Under the pieces are notes generated by a model that did no database searches, was not told the origin of the DNA, and saw nothing but the letters and a program-made list of their open reading frames with translations. The position numbers and the translations under genes were made by a program. Positions 1-12,220 of a stretch of DNA of 64,000 nucleotides are shown here, piece after piece. Source of the stretch: Chara braunii (taxonomy: Eukaryota > Plantae > Charophyceae). Position 1 is the stretch's first letter, and each line of letters opens with the position of its first letter. The DNA lies in assembly GCA_003427395.1 (NCBI GenBank), contig BFEA01000028.1, forward strand, positions 3,823,665 through 3,887,664. The letters are read 5' to 3'.

Positions 1-830
1 AATAATAACGGCGTGCGATTTGATGAGAAGGCCATGCGAACCGTAAGGAATGATGCTGACCAGATGACAAAATGATGTGACGACGGTATAGGGCAACAAG
101 GTCACGAGGATAACGACAAGAAGACCTTGTGGAGACCAAGGCAAGAGTGGGGGTGCTGATTGATGATACCAACGTCGACAAGGGTAAAGGAACAGCCACG
201 GCAATGGCATGGTCAATCATGGTGTGGGTGAAGATGGTATCCGTGAACGATAACGAGGGAGACGACGGCAAGCACTGCTATCACTGCAAGAACAAAAAGA
301 CTGCATTCGAATCGTGGAGGGCAGCGAAAAAGATCACATCGTCAGCTGGAACGATAACGACGTCAACAATGGCAATCAACGATATTGACGACGGCAATAA
401 TGTTGATGGTGTGGAATCTCTCCGGATAGCAATAACGATATTGTAATCCTTTTGAAAACGACACTTTTCACAATGATAATGACGATGATAGAACACAGCG
501 AAGGGTGTCAACGATCGCGCAACTAGTATGGAGGGAAAAACGATATAAAAAGTGCACAAACAAAGGACAATAGCAAGCAAAAGATTCTGAAACGGGTGAA
601 GACGAGGAATGAGAACTGCGAAGGAAATCCCTCGTGGTGATAATGGAGGGGGATGAACGATAGCGGTGATTGATGGTGACGTTTACAGCAATACTAACGA
701 GGTTGAAGACGAGTATGAAGACGATGATGAACATAACAACCTACAGGACGCAGAACCGTGAGAAAGACACGTGGTCAAATGATGACGACTCGGGCAACAA
801 GCATGACAATGACTGCATGGCGGAGTATAG
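1..830. repeat. Low-complexity GAC/AAC/GAT-rich degenerate trinucleotide region
   Basis: Dense acgac/aacga/gatga motifs; the overlapping ORFs are compositionally biased (D/N/T-rich) with no recognisable domain. Confidence 0.4.
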
Positions 831-1851
831 TCCAGACAGTGAAAAGAGCCGGAGGGTGAGGAATTGTTTCTTCCAGAATAACAAAAAGAATCATCTGAGG
901 GCACTTCAACATCGACCTCGTTTGCAGGGTGATTTTCCCAGCAGCACACCTGCAGTCATGCCATCCGTAGCTTACACTTTTTAAAGTCTTCCCATTAGGA
1001 TCCATCCTTGCAGCAGTGCCTAAGAACGAAATAAAAGCAGATAGCTCTTTCCGTTCCATAAGGCGCTGCCAACCTTGATTACAGATGTAGCGACGCCTTC
1101 AACAGCTTTCAGCGCCAACAATTCTCAAAGAATTCTCAAAGAATTCTCAAAGAATTATTACCACAGTTGCTCCATTCGTTGTCAGGATCACAAAGGAGAA
1201 TTCCGAAACTGCCCCTGCAGCTGCAGTTGATCTATTGGTATTTTTTATGTTTCAGGCCGACATACCAGAAACGACCAGCCAGACCACAAATCTCCTATGG
1301 ACCCCACCCGTACTCGACAATGAAATATGCACAAGACATGACGCAGTGGCGTTGGGAAAGCAGGCACGAGACTGTGCGTCAATCTCTTTACAGTCTGTTC
1401 CTCTCACATAGCGACCATCGAAGACGAACACGATCCATCCATACCTCACACCCGAACACGACTCTAGCACGCACTTGTACATCATTGCTGCTTGTCAGCA
1501 TATCCATGTCTGCGGAGAGATGAGATGCTCTTGCCTAGCTGTTTCCCGACTGCCACAAACTTCCCCTCTCGATGTACTTGCTCTTAAGCCCCTATTGTCT
1601 CAATCTGACATAACGGACAGGCCCAGCTCACAGAAGAATGAAGTGTATTTACATTGGGCCCCCATTCTCAAAATATGGACAAGAACTGGCTCACAGAGAC
1701 GTTAGGGTAAAGAGGACCCGAGGCTGTGCGTCTTCATTTCTCACGTGCACGAACGATCGAAATGCACACAATTCCAAAAGCGGGCGCATCCTAATCATAC
1801 TCGCACGGAACCACAGACTACACATGCGCTCTTCCTTTTTTACGCGTGCGC

Positions 1852-1852
1852 A

Positions 1853-1904
<52 letters not shown>

Positions 1905-1999
1905 AAAAGCGCCTACTCATACTCGCACAGAACCACACGCGCATGCACATGCGCTCTCCCTCATGCGTAAGCAATCTCCCTCTCTCTCTCGCTCGCTCG

Positions 2000-2034
<35 letters not shown>
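1852..2034. repeat. (CT)n and (CA)n microsatellites; similar tracts at ~4088-4433, 7261-7378, 37306-37560, 37706-37756, 38900-39348, 39419-39468 and inside the Ty3 LTRs
   Basis: Directly visible dinucleotide runs; they generate the spurious SLSL/ERER ORFs. Confidence 0.95.
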
Positions 2035-3167
2035 CTCCCGTTCCCACGCGCACAAATATGAGACCCACTGCGTGATTGGCGGATCCTTACATTTCCGTCC
2101 ATTGAAGCCCAAACTTCGCGAGAGATGTCGGGGAGGAAGCAAAGCAGACGCACCTCTTATTCACGCACTCAAAACCAGAAGTGGAAAATAAAAAGGTTGA
2201 CGCCCATTCTCACACACAAAAGAGAAGTAACGACAATGGAAAGAACAAAACGAACGACACAGGTTCTGATACACCAATGGAAACAGTGAGACATAACATC
2301 TGACAGGCATCAATGGCACCCGCTTTTCGAGTTTGTGTGTTGTCATGTCCACTAAACATAACATCACAAAAAAAGCGTGACTCTCGGATTACAATTCCGT
2401 CGGATTTTAACCGAGTCATTACGATGTTTAACCTCGACGGTCGGTGAATCCACTCCTCGACAACCAAAAAGAAAAAAAGCGCCGCCTCCCACTTCCTCCC
2501 TTCGTTAATCATATCAGCTAAAACTATCCGCGATGATCCTAGCGATACCTTCCTTCCTTCCTTCCTAAGTGGCATTGTCCACTTAAACAGACCACATTCC
2601 TTCGCATTAGGAAAAATACAAAGGGGTGAAGACCACACGCCGGCGACATCGCCATGCTCTTTCCTCAGACACAGACGCCTACAACATAGGCTCAAGATGG
2701 CGATCGGTTCTGGAACTGCCATGGCGCGGCAGAGCAAAGTACAGGACACCTATGCTACTCACAACATAGCAATCCAGCTATCCTGCCACTACAAAGAGGC
2801 AGCAACGCAATGAACAAACAAAAGAAAGAATCGTAAATTCTGAAACTACAGGAACGATAGCAACGCAATCGAGAAACAAAAGAAAGAATCGTCAGGCGAC
2901 AAGGCAGATGCCAAGAGCAGCACACTCGTCACTTTCCGCCTTCACCCCTACAACAAGAAGGGCTTGCAGTAATTACACTTCGCCCGCTTCCTTCTTCCTC
3001 GCGGGTTCTTCTAGCCACAGCCTGCGGCGAGCGAACTCAAGCAAACGTTCCCAAAGAAGGGCACATAATCAATCAGACGCGACCAATTTCCTTTTTCCTT
3101 TCCATACCTTCACAGTCCTTTCAGAGCGCGAATGTCAGTGATGACGCTTACGCACTTCCATCCGTTC

Positions 3168-3293
3168 CTCCTCTCATTCGTCCCTCCTCACTTCGACAAT
3201 CCCTCTGCAAGTGCGTTTGCAAATCTGTACCTCCTCTCATTCGTCCCTCTCAAGTTCGGCAATCCCTCTGCAAGTGCGTTTGCAAATCTGTAC
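3168..3293. repeat. Two-copy ~63-bp tandem repeat
   Basis: ctcctctcattcgtccctc...caatccctctgcaagtgcgtttgcaaatctgtac occurs twice in tandem. Confidence 0.85.
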
Positions 3294-3659
3294 CGAGGTT
3301 GGTCGAAACGAGACTAAAGACTTCTTTACCGAAGTCTCAAACGAGACTTAACTCACACAATGCAGCCCAGGACCTGACTTAACTAGAACGGCCCAGGGTC
3401 CAGTCCTCTCCTCGTCCTCCCTACGTACAACTAGAGCGCTTTCTTCCTCTCTTCTTCCTCCTAGGTACAACTAGAGCGCTCCCTTCCTCTCCACCCCTTC
3501 CTACGTACAATACAAATAACTGCTCGATGATTCCTCAGCATCTACGGATCAATTCTTCGGCAAGTAAACACAGGCAAGCTCCGCGGGACCTTGATTCGCC
3601 GCTTTTCCTCAAAAGTACCAAGCTGCACTGCTATAGTTGAGGACCCAGCAACTTCCCCA

Positions 3660-3985
3660 TTTCTTGGGCAATATTGTACATACGCGAGGAAATATGTTTG
3701 AAGAGTTTCTTGCCGTAGAGCGCCGTCCTTAACAGCGCCGCTCGCTCCGAAGCTCTCGCAGGTCCTTCGAGCAGACAGGGAGCGATCCCCAGAACTGTCC
3801 GTTGCATTATAAAGAACTACTTCAGCTCCCGGGGCCTGAAGAGCAACTTCCTGTTTCGGCACGGAGACGGAACATGAGCAACCGTTGATAAACCTCTGAC
3901 CAGATTGTCCTCTTCGCTGGAGAAGCTTGGGCGCTTTTCTTATTGACGGGCTCGCAAATCGTTCACCAGCTTGGTATCCGCATCT
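3660..3985 (-). pseudogene. Decayed, 5'-truncated tandem paralogue of the LBD gene
   Basis: Translated pieces TKLVNDLRARQ and FINGCSCSVSVPKQEVALQA...LYNATDSSG...VKDGALRQE align to LBD TKLLHDLPVHQ and PVYGCVGAISVLQQQVAHLQA...LHNAAANSG...VSDDALRQQ. Frameshifted and lacking the C-block. Downstream flank 2750-3660 is also homologous to 5235-6010. Confidence 0.8.
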
Positions 3986-4119
3986 ACAAGCTGTGTCCAC
4001 TCATGCAGCCCATGTAAAACCTCTTCTCGTTTATGTGTGTGTGAGCGAGAGAGAGAGAGAACGGGAGCGTATCTCGTCCACCTTCTCTCTCTCTCTCTCT
4101 CTTGAGAGAAATGGTAAAG

Positions 4120-4127
4120 TCCGCAAG

Positions 4128-4180
<53 letters not shown>

Positions 4181-4530
4181 GGCGCCTTCACCTTTGCGAG
4201 CCTCACCACTCTGTCATGAGAGAAGTGGTGCCTTCGCCTCTGCGAGCCTCACCACTCTCTCTCTCTCTCTCTCTCTCTCAAGACAGAAGTGGCGCCCTGC
4301 GAGCCTCACCACTCTCTCATGAGAGAAGTGGCGCCTTCCTCTGCGAGCCTCACCACTCTCTCTCTCTCTCTCTCATGAGAGAAGTGGCGCCTTCACCTCT
4401 GCGAGCCTCACTACTCTCTCTCTCTCTCTCTCTCTGTGTATGAGATAGAAGTGGCGTGTTTGACCCTGCTAGCCTCTCCACCCTCTCTCCCTGAGAAGTA
4501 GCGCATTCGCCCCTGCGAGCCTCTCCACCC
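4120..4530. repeat. Composite minisatellite: agaagtggcgccttc(n)cctctgcgagcctcaccact units separated by variable (CT)n
   Basis: About 7 recognisable units between 4175 and 4530. Confidence 0.85.
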
Positions 4531-4944
4531 TCTATCTCTCACTCTCTCGCTCGCTCGCTCGCTCGCTCGCTCATCATAGCGAAGCCCCGCCTTTGCCAGT
4601 CCTCCCCCCTCTCTCACACGCACACACGGGTTGGATGCGCTCATGAACTTGGCGCAAAGCATATTCGTTGGCGTTTCTTTCGTCTCTGTTCATTGTTTCC
4701 TAAACACCATTCCAACGACAAGAGCATGCCTCTGACAGAGTTTTCGTCGAAGGTTTCACGGACACGCGTTAGGACATCAACGCTTGACAGTCGTTGATAC
4801 CGCTCACCGACAGTCAAACAATCGAGCAGCCTCTTCCTCTCTAAGTAGGACTATCAGCTTACACGACGAAGAGGATCGGTGCCAAGTTCCCTCCAAATAG
4901 GCAAACTGCCCCCTCGGTACAGCAACCTTTCCTTATCATCAGGA

Positions 4945-5244
4945 AAGAGCAACGAAGGAACGAAGATCAACGACGACTTAAGACGTCAACATCCTCCCTT
5001 CACTATAACTGACACGACGTGAGGGCCAAAGTTGACGATCCAGCTCGAAACTGGACGCCGAGACGGATCAGAGCACAGGACAACTACGCTACAAAAGAGC
5101 AACGAAGGAACGAAGATCAACGACGACTAAAGACGTCAACATCCTCCCTTCACTATAACTGACACGACGTGAGGGCCAAAGGCGACGATCCAGCTCGAAA
5201 CTGGACGCCGAGACGGATCAGAGCACAGGACAACTACGCTACAC
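4945..5244. repeat. Near-perfect two-copy 150-bp tandem duplication downstream of LBD
   Basis: agacgtcaacatcctccc at 4981 and 5131 (period 150); the units are almost identical. Confidence 0.9.
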
Positions 5245-6012
5245 GCATAGCAAACCTGCTGCTCTGCAATTAGACAGGCACCAACGCAATGGAAAACCAA
5301 ACGAAAGAATCGTTTTAAGGCAATACAGGAGCGCCCGGAGCAGCACACTTGTCATCACTTTTCGGCTTAACCCCTACAGAAACAGGGCTAGCATTAATTA
5401 CACCGCGCGATTGGTCCTGCCGGCTCCTTCCCTCAACGGTTCTCTTCCACCCACAGCCTGCAGCAACCTCAAGCAACCTCAAGCAATCGTTTCCTCAAAA
5501 AGAGCGAGAACATGCATCATACATACCTCGCCTTTCCCGTGGATCGACGCAAAGGGCCCTTAGTTGTATCTTCGTGTCAGAACCCTGTGGTATTCCCCTT
5601 CCGGGTGGCAAGTAGTCACAAGTGCTCATCGGTCATACGCCCTCGTTTCCTGCGCTCTTCGAAGACCTGTCCCAACGTGAGTGACAATAATGAAGTTCCC
5701 TGCTGCTCCAACCACTCCTTTCCTCGTATGCGATCGACAAAGCAACCGCTCATCACTCTTGCAAGCACGATATCAGATCTATGCCGAAGCCTGAAATGAC
5801 TAGAGAGCCTCCGATCCCCTCCTCTCTCCTTCCTCCTTCCTACGTACGGTACAAAACAAACTGCTCGATAGGTCCACAGTATACATGGATCCGTTCTTCA
5901 GCAAGTAAGAAAGCACACAAAGCGCTGCTGGAGCATCAATGAGACGGAAATCCTCTCTTTCGCGAGGTAAGCCTACGTAGAGTTTCTCCCACCTAGATAC
6001 CCAGATGGACAA

Positions 6013-6651
6013 CTATAGCTGCGCTGCTAGCTGACTGCCCATTTGTTGCGTGATATTGTGCATTTGAGAGGACATCTGCTCGGAGAGTTGTTGTCGAAGA
6101 GCGTCGTCGCTGACGGTGAAAGCGGTGTCGTAAGATCCGCCGGCGCCGCCGGCGCCCAGCTCTAACAGGTCCTTCGAGGAAACTGGTATCGATCCGGAGT
6201 TCGCTGCTGCATTGTGAAGCCGCTGAATCTCGGCGTGAGCGATTGCCAACTCGGCCTGTAGATGAGCAACTTGTTGTTGCAGAACGGAGATGGCGCCAAC
6301 GCACCCGTAGACAGGATCTTTGACTCGAGCGTCCGCCTCGTAGGCGAGACTGTTCACAGCATCTTCGCGTTGATGGACTGGCAAATCGTGCAACAGCTTG
6401 GTGATATTGCTAGCGCCAAAGATCTTGTGCACGTTGGCGAACTTCTGCGGCTGATCCGGCGGGAAATACGGAGCGAACAGGCACTCGCTCGTGCATTTTC
6501 GCCGCAAAAACTTGCACGCCGCGCATGGCGAGATGGCAGAACTGCCCATCCCGGACTGCCGGGATGCGCCCCCGGGAAAACATAGCAGATTGCTCGTGCT
6601 GGTTCGCCAGTTGCGCCAGCTCGTGCTACCGAGATTCGTCTCAAACCTCAT
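6013..6651 (-). CDS. LBD: Class I LOB-domain (LBD/AS2-like) transcription factor, intronless; alternative start at ATG 6549 (MGSSAISPC)
   Basis: CAACKFLRRKC-x3-C C-block, FAPYFP, VHKIFGASN GAS block, AVNSLAYEA..R..DPVYGCVG and a leucine-zipper-like LQQQVAHLQAELAIAHAEI; ORF uninterrupted. Confidence 0.95.
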   Translation of the reverse strand: MRFETNLGSTSWRNWRTSTSNLLCFPGGASRQSGMGSSAISPCAACKFLRRKCTSECLFAPYFPPDQPQKFANVHKIFGASNITKLLHDLPVHQREDAVNSLAYEADARVKDPVYGCVGAISVLQQQVAHLQAELAIAHAEIQRLHNAAANSGSIPVSSKDLLELGAGGAGGSYDTAFTVSDDALRQQLSEQMSSQMHNITQQMGSQLAAQL

Positions 6652-7256
6652 CGTGACTCAGAAGAATTTACCGCCGAAAACACTTGTCCACCACGCACTT
6701 TTTACGCTCCACACCACTCTTATCTGCCTCGGTATGTCCCGCGCTATCGTAGGTGACGGAATAACAGCGGCAGCAGCCAAGAATAGAAAGACGGCGAACA
6801 CGCAAGCACACCTGTCTGGTCAAATCAGCGGATCCCAACCAATGGCGCGAGCTCTTCCTTCTTCAATCGCTCAGCAATCTTCTCTGAATCCCTTTCCACG
6901 CCTTCCAGATTCAGCGACCTTCGTCCCCAAGCTTCCAGGTATAACCTTTAGCTCGCAGAGTCAAGCCAAGTACTGAGCGAATTTCGTAAGAGACCGGGAA
7001 AAACACTGCAGTGAACTGCGGAACGATGAAAAGAGAGTGACGAAAACGAAGAGGACAAGGACGGCCAAGAATAGGCCACAAACTGTCCGAGCGAGTACTT
7101 GCATCCACATATAATCGCGGATAGCCCCCCGCTCCCTCGCTATAGTTCACGAGGTCGATGCAACGCAGAAGGTTACGCAACCGCTAACAACGGCGACTAC
7201 AATGCCACAAGGCACCGTGCTCGGCTTCAGTCACTGCTACTACCCAGTCCAATTCG

Positions 7257-7291
<35 letters not shown>

Positions 7292-7324
7292 AAAAGAACT
7301 TCCTCTGCCCGTGTACCTCCAGAG

Positions 7325-7378
<54 letters not shown>

Positions 7379-9560
7379 NNNNNNNNNNNNNNNNNNNNNN
7401 NNNNNNNNNNNNNNNNNNNNNNNNNNNNNNNNNNNNNNNNNNNNNNNNNNNNNNNNNNNNNNNNNNNNNNNNNNNNNNNNNNNNNNNNNNNNNNNNNNNN
7501 NNNNNNNNNNNNNNNNNNNNNNNNNNNNNNNNNNNNNNNNNNNNNNNNNNNNNNNNNNNNNNNNNNNNNNNNNNNNNNNNNNNNNNNNNNNNNNNNNNNN
7601 NNNNNNNNNNNNNNNNNNNNNNNNNNNNNNNNNNNNNNNNNNNNNNNNNNNNNNNNNNNNNNNNNNNNNNNNNNNNNNNNNNNNNNNNNNNNNNNNNNNN
7701 NNNNNNNNNNNNNNNNNNNNNNNNNNNNNNNNNNNNNNNNNNNNNNNNNNNNNNNNNNNNNNNNNNNNNNNNNNNNNNNNNNNNNNNNNNNNNNNNNNNN
7801 NNNNNNNNNNNNNNNNNNNNNNNNNNNNNNNNNNNNNNNNNNNNNNNNNNNNNNNNNNNNNNNNNNNNNNNNNNNNNNNNNNNNNNNNNNNNNNNNNNNN
7901 NNNNNNNNNNNNNNNNNNNNNNNNNNNNNNNNNNNNNNNNNNNNNNNNNNNNNNNNNNNNNNNNNNNNNNNNNNNNNNNNNNNNNNNNNNNNNNNNNNNN
8001 NNNNNNNNNNNNNNNNNNNNNNNNNNNNNNNNNNNNNNNNNNNNNNNNNNNNNNNNNNNNNNNNNNNNNNNNNCCCCCCCCTCCTCGGCCCTCCAAATCA
8101 AATCAAACCGAACCAATCCAAGGCGACAAGTCCGTCAGCCCAGCACTTCAGTCCAGAACAGAGTACGGAGTAGGGCAAAGGTCGCAATTGAGACTGTGCC
8201 ACTGCGCCGCTGCAACTTTTTAGCCGAACGGGCAGATCAGCAGTCCTGAGTAGGCAGGACCGCACAGGGTGGACAGCCGAGAAACAGTCCGCTCTTCGCT
8301 GGCTTCCGCAGGCGTCTCGTGCAACCGTCGACACCACTTTAATCGCTGCTATTTTTGAGGTGTTTTCAGGGTCGGGCTGGGTTGTCATGGTCCCGGGCCG
8401 TGTTGTTGTAGTCCCGGCTGGGTTGTCATGGTCCGTGGGTTTCGTTCTGTGTGTCCAGCGGCCCTTTATTCAATGCTGAAGCCGGCTGTACCGTTCACGC
8501 CCTTCGCTCCCCTATTTTTGCGGTTATTCGTCGGGTTCTCTCTGTCCGTGGATTTCGTTTTCTGTTGCGCCAGGCCGCTGGGTGGGGCCGCTCACGCCCT
8601 TCGCCTTTTTTTTTTCTTTACTTCCCTGTTTTTTTTTTCCCTCTCGCCTTTTTCTTGTCTTTTCCTGGCCCCCAAGATTGACAGTCTTCCCCGCTGGCAA
8701 AAAAAGCCACACCGGTACGAGAGCAGTTTCCTCATCAAGTCCAGAATCCAGAACAGTGGCCCCAGTCGGACCCGACACCTGTGCTCCACCACCGTAGATT
8801 TCGGAGATTGTTCCACCACAAGAAACGACCACCTAGCTGCCGTCAATCGATAATATCTACGGCTCTGAGTGCGTTCCAGGATTCAATGGCACCGCCCGCT
8901 TCATTTCGCCTAACTGTTCCAATGGCCTCTTGCCTCTGCTGCTGCCGCAGACGCCGCCTTACTATTTTTGTGTTCTTACGTTGGCCTCTTCGGGCCCGTC
9001 GATCCTGTTTGTCTCTCTCATTCACATGCCCGACAGCGCCATCGTACGGGTGTTCCTCCGCTCTCTTGCGCAGATTAGCCCTGGTCTTGAGCGTGCGGGT
9101 CCCCACGTATGGACACCGGATACCAGGCGGCGGGGAGGGTGGAACGGGAGAAAAGAGGGGGAGGGGGAAAGTGGGGGATGGGGGGGGCGCGGGGGGGGGG
9201 GGGCGGAGCTAGAGTGCTGGTCATCGGCTCACTTCTGCATACCCTGGTCCCTTGTGATTTCTCTTTCAGGAAGGGAAACAAACCGATCAGCCTTACAACT
9301 TCCAAATCTAGATCTGTTTGGACGTACTTTGACGTGAAAGCCGGCAGGTGCATGATCTGCGCACTAGGTCCGCAGTTTCGGAGGTTGTAAACCTGCGTGG
9401 GCTGTCCCGAAGCTCAAACCAACGCTCACTGCTGCTTAGAACTGTTGTCTCTAGCTCAGTGTATAAACGACGTCTTTCAGGCCATAGTCACCTGGCATCC
9501 TCCAAATCCCAAACTTGATTGATAGCCTTGTGGAAAGGGTTTTGGTGCCACAAGTTCTAA

Positions 9561-10120
9561 GGGGCTCTTTCTACACTCCTCGGGCGCATAAATCCCCCGA
9601 GCAATTCATCGTTCCACTTATCCTCGGGGAAGAAATTGAAAAAAAAATGTGAAAACATTTCCTCGGGGATTCCTCGGGCTACAGCCATTTCGACGCGTTC
9701 CCCAAGGGACCTCCCGAGGTCCCTCGGAGGTCGAACATCCGGGAGAACCGGGGCGTCGACAGCAGCTCTCTCGACGACAATTTTCGATGCAGCTGGTCCA
9801 TTGCTGTTCCTGGCGGCCCGTCAACGGACATCTTCGGTCGGCAACGGTCGGTACGGACACACCTTGCCAACTTCCGAATTTGCGACGCCCACCCGAGCTG
9901 GACCAACGACGTTGGCATGGACACACCTTGCTGGACCAACCTCATCTCCCCCCCCCCGTCCGCTTGTCGATATATGAAACTGGTCGTGGAACCCCCCGAG
10001 GAATCGTCCTCGGAGAACAATTCCAAGGATGAGTGGATCGACAGAGCGAATTTCCTCGGGCGATGATGGGAGAATTTCCTCGGGCCCGGAAGACGGTCCG
10101 AGGAGTGTCGAACGAGGCCC
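9561..10120 (+). mobile_element. Non-autonomous PIF/Harbinger (Tourist-like) MITE, copy 1
   Basis: Imperfect TIRs GGGGCTCTTTCTACACTCCTCGG / CCGAGGAGTGTCGAACGAGGCCC; TAA on both sides (9558-9560, 10121-10123); internal CCTCGG/CCGAGG motifs; homologous inverted copy at 61864-62547. Confidence 0.85.
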
Positions 10121-10167
10121 TAACCTACAAGGATGGAAACACAGGAAGGGATTGCACTAAAACGGAA

Positions 10168-10956
10168 TGTTGTAAAAGGTTTTGCAGCTGCTTTCAAATG
10201 TCTGGCCTTTGTTTTCACTTGGGCCTTTTGATCATCGCAACTTTCAAGAGAAAGGATGTCACATGTGGTGAGGCTAACTGTGGGATCCACCACGTCAGGA
10301 ATGACGTGGCACACACACACATCCGCAAGAATGGATGTGATCAGTTCGGTCTCTCGGTATCTACATGTGTCGGATTGCTTGGCGCGCAGTGCAAGAGGAT
10401 TGCAGTTGGGTGGTTGTCGAGGAACATCTCCACAGCATCCGACCACACGTCCAAGTGGATGTTGAAGAAAGTCAAAAAGAGACCAGTGGAGTTCATCAAC
10501 GAGGCTCTACCCATTAAAGTTAAACCAGCAGCAGAGTCCAATGGAGTTCATAGAGGTTCTAACTATTGAAGTTAACCACCATGAACCTCGTTTATGCTGG
10601 TGGTTTAACTTCAATAGGTACAACCTCGTTTATGGACTCAATTGGACTCTTTTCGACTTTCTTCAATATACACTTGGACGTGTGGTCAGATGTTGTGGGG
10701 ACATTCCACGACAACCATCCAACTGCAATCCTTTTGCACTGCACGCCAAGATATCAGACATATGTAGATACTGCGAGACCAAACTGATCACAACCATGCT
10801 TGCCAATGTGGCTGCCACATCAGTCTTGGCGTGCTGGATCCCACAGTCAGCCTCGCCACATGTGACATGCTTTCTCCTGAATGTTGCGATGATCAACAGG
10901 CCCAGGTGAAAACAAAAGTCGGGCAATTGAAAACAACTACAAAACCGTCAACAACA
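10168..10956. repeat. Long imperfect inverted duplication (arms ~10168-10530 and ~10595-10956)
   Basis: Arms are reverse complements, e.g. tgttttcacttgggcc...atcatcgcaac vs gttgcgatgatcaacaggcccaggtgaaaaca; the peptide FHLGLLIIATF is read on both strands. Confidence 0.9.
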
Positions 10957-11199
10957 GAGCTCTCCAACGGAGGCCGCACTTGGCCTCTAGAAGTGGCCAA
11001 ATGCATCCTGAAAATTCGGCGCGCAGGGCTCGCCGCTGATAGTTGGGAAAGGTACTGGCAGTTTAATAGAAGTATTGCAGCATGTGAAAGCAACAAAGAT
11101 CCAACATTAGGGCATCTAGTGATGTACATCAACCTGGGCTCACATGAGATAGTTTGCAAGTATTGTGGCCTCATATATATGCAGAAGGACCACTATTGA
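10380..11199 (+). pseudogene. NDUFS6: Scrambled pseudogene of mitochondrial complex I 13-kDa zinc-binding subunit (NDUFS6-like)
   Basis: DHTSKWM..KKRPVEFINEALPIKV (10441-10521) and RSIAACESNKDPTLGHLVMYINL....VCKYCGLIYMQ (11068-11199) match the plant NDUFS6 pattern HTAKWM..KSPMELI.EVPPIKV / IVACEG..PALGHP.EFI.L....ICKYCGLRY. Conserved GHP reads GHL; the halves are separated by an inverted copy. Confidence 0.75.
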
Positions 11200-11993
11200 T
11201 TGAGAATATGACATGTGGAATAGATGCGCAGTACACACTGCTCACATCCCTTGTGGTTGTTGCAGGAGATGCTGACTTACTTGAAGGTAACTTTATCGAA
11301 AAAAAAAACAAAAAAAAGGGAAAGGCAACCAGTGAAATTACAGTTGTGTCTGTGATGTGACCTCGCTGTCGAGTTAGGTCCGACTCTTCCCCAACCCTCG
11401 ATAAATGTTATGGAAAACCCATCCCGACCAACACTGGCAGAGCTCTCGTTCACCAGTTTCACGGGCATTGGTTGTGTTTAAGGGATCTCGAACTCCTAAT
11501 TGTTTCTTTTGCATGATGTTTGCCACAACCGTGACAAATATTCATGCCAACATCCACTCAGGATCAAGGTCACCCTTGAAGAATAATTCATTTACAATTG
11601 TTGATCATTGTAATCGATGCTCTGAAATGAAGAAAAATATCAAATATGCAACCACTTCCATTTTATTTCTTTATAGACCACCAGTACAGTGGGGCTTAGA
11701 TAGAACCCAAAAACAATATTGACCCCAACTTTTGTTATCGATGATGGGAGATGAAGACAAAGTCAAACCTACATGGTCAAAATAATTATGATCATCATAA
11801 TAACAATAGTAAGGTTGGGGGCCTTACAATTCAATCTGGAGATATATTAAGAGCATCATTCAACTTAGCTTATCTATAATGAGTAACAATGTAATGAATA
11901 ACAAATTAGTAAGTTCATTGTTATATCCACCATGTACAACTATATAGTCAAAACCTCTTACATCGTATCTTTCCAACTAATATGTCTAACACT

Positions 11994-12220
11994 TTTTTTT
12001 TTTTTCACCCTGAAAGGGGGAATGGGGCGAGCCATGCTCTGCTGCAGTGCAATACAGAGGCAACTCAAAAGGATCGAGTAGGCAAGCCTACCCATATGAC
12101 CCTACCGTACCTTGGAAAAATTAATTTAATATCATGTGGCCCGATGGACCACGGATTAGATATTAAACTGATCAGAACAGATACTACACTTGATTTTGGC
12201 CAAAAGACCGAGAAAAGTAT
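11994..12220 (-). pseudogene. U2: Full-length U2 snRNA retrocopy with short 3' extension, poly(A) tail and TSD
   Basis: Minus strand reads ATACTTTTCTCGGTCTTTTGGCCAAAATCAAGTGTAGTATCTGTTC (branch-point recognition GTAGTA), then Sm-like AATTTTT, stem III GTAGGCTTGCCTAC and loop IV ATTGCACT. An A-run follows (T-run to 12005 on +); CTAACACT is duplicated at 11986-11993 and 12221-12228. Confidence 0.9.

Noticed and set aside
775-1700. Possible exons of a host gene
   Set aside because: Short ORFs with no recognisable domain or consistent splice structure.
7099-8249. Long ORFs spanning N gaps and microsatellites (also 37233-37605, 38823-39555, 42184-43848, 44686-45449, 48949-49501, 58394-59036)
   Set aside because: Artefacts of N runs and stop-free dinucleotide repeats.
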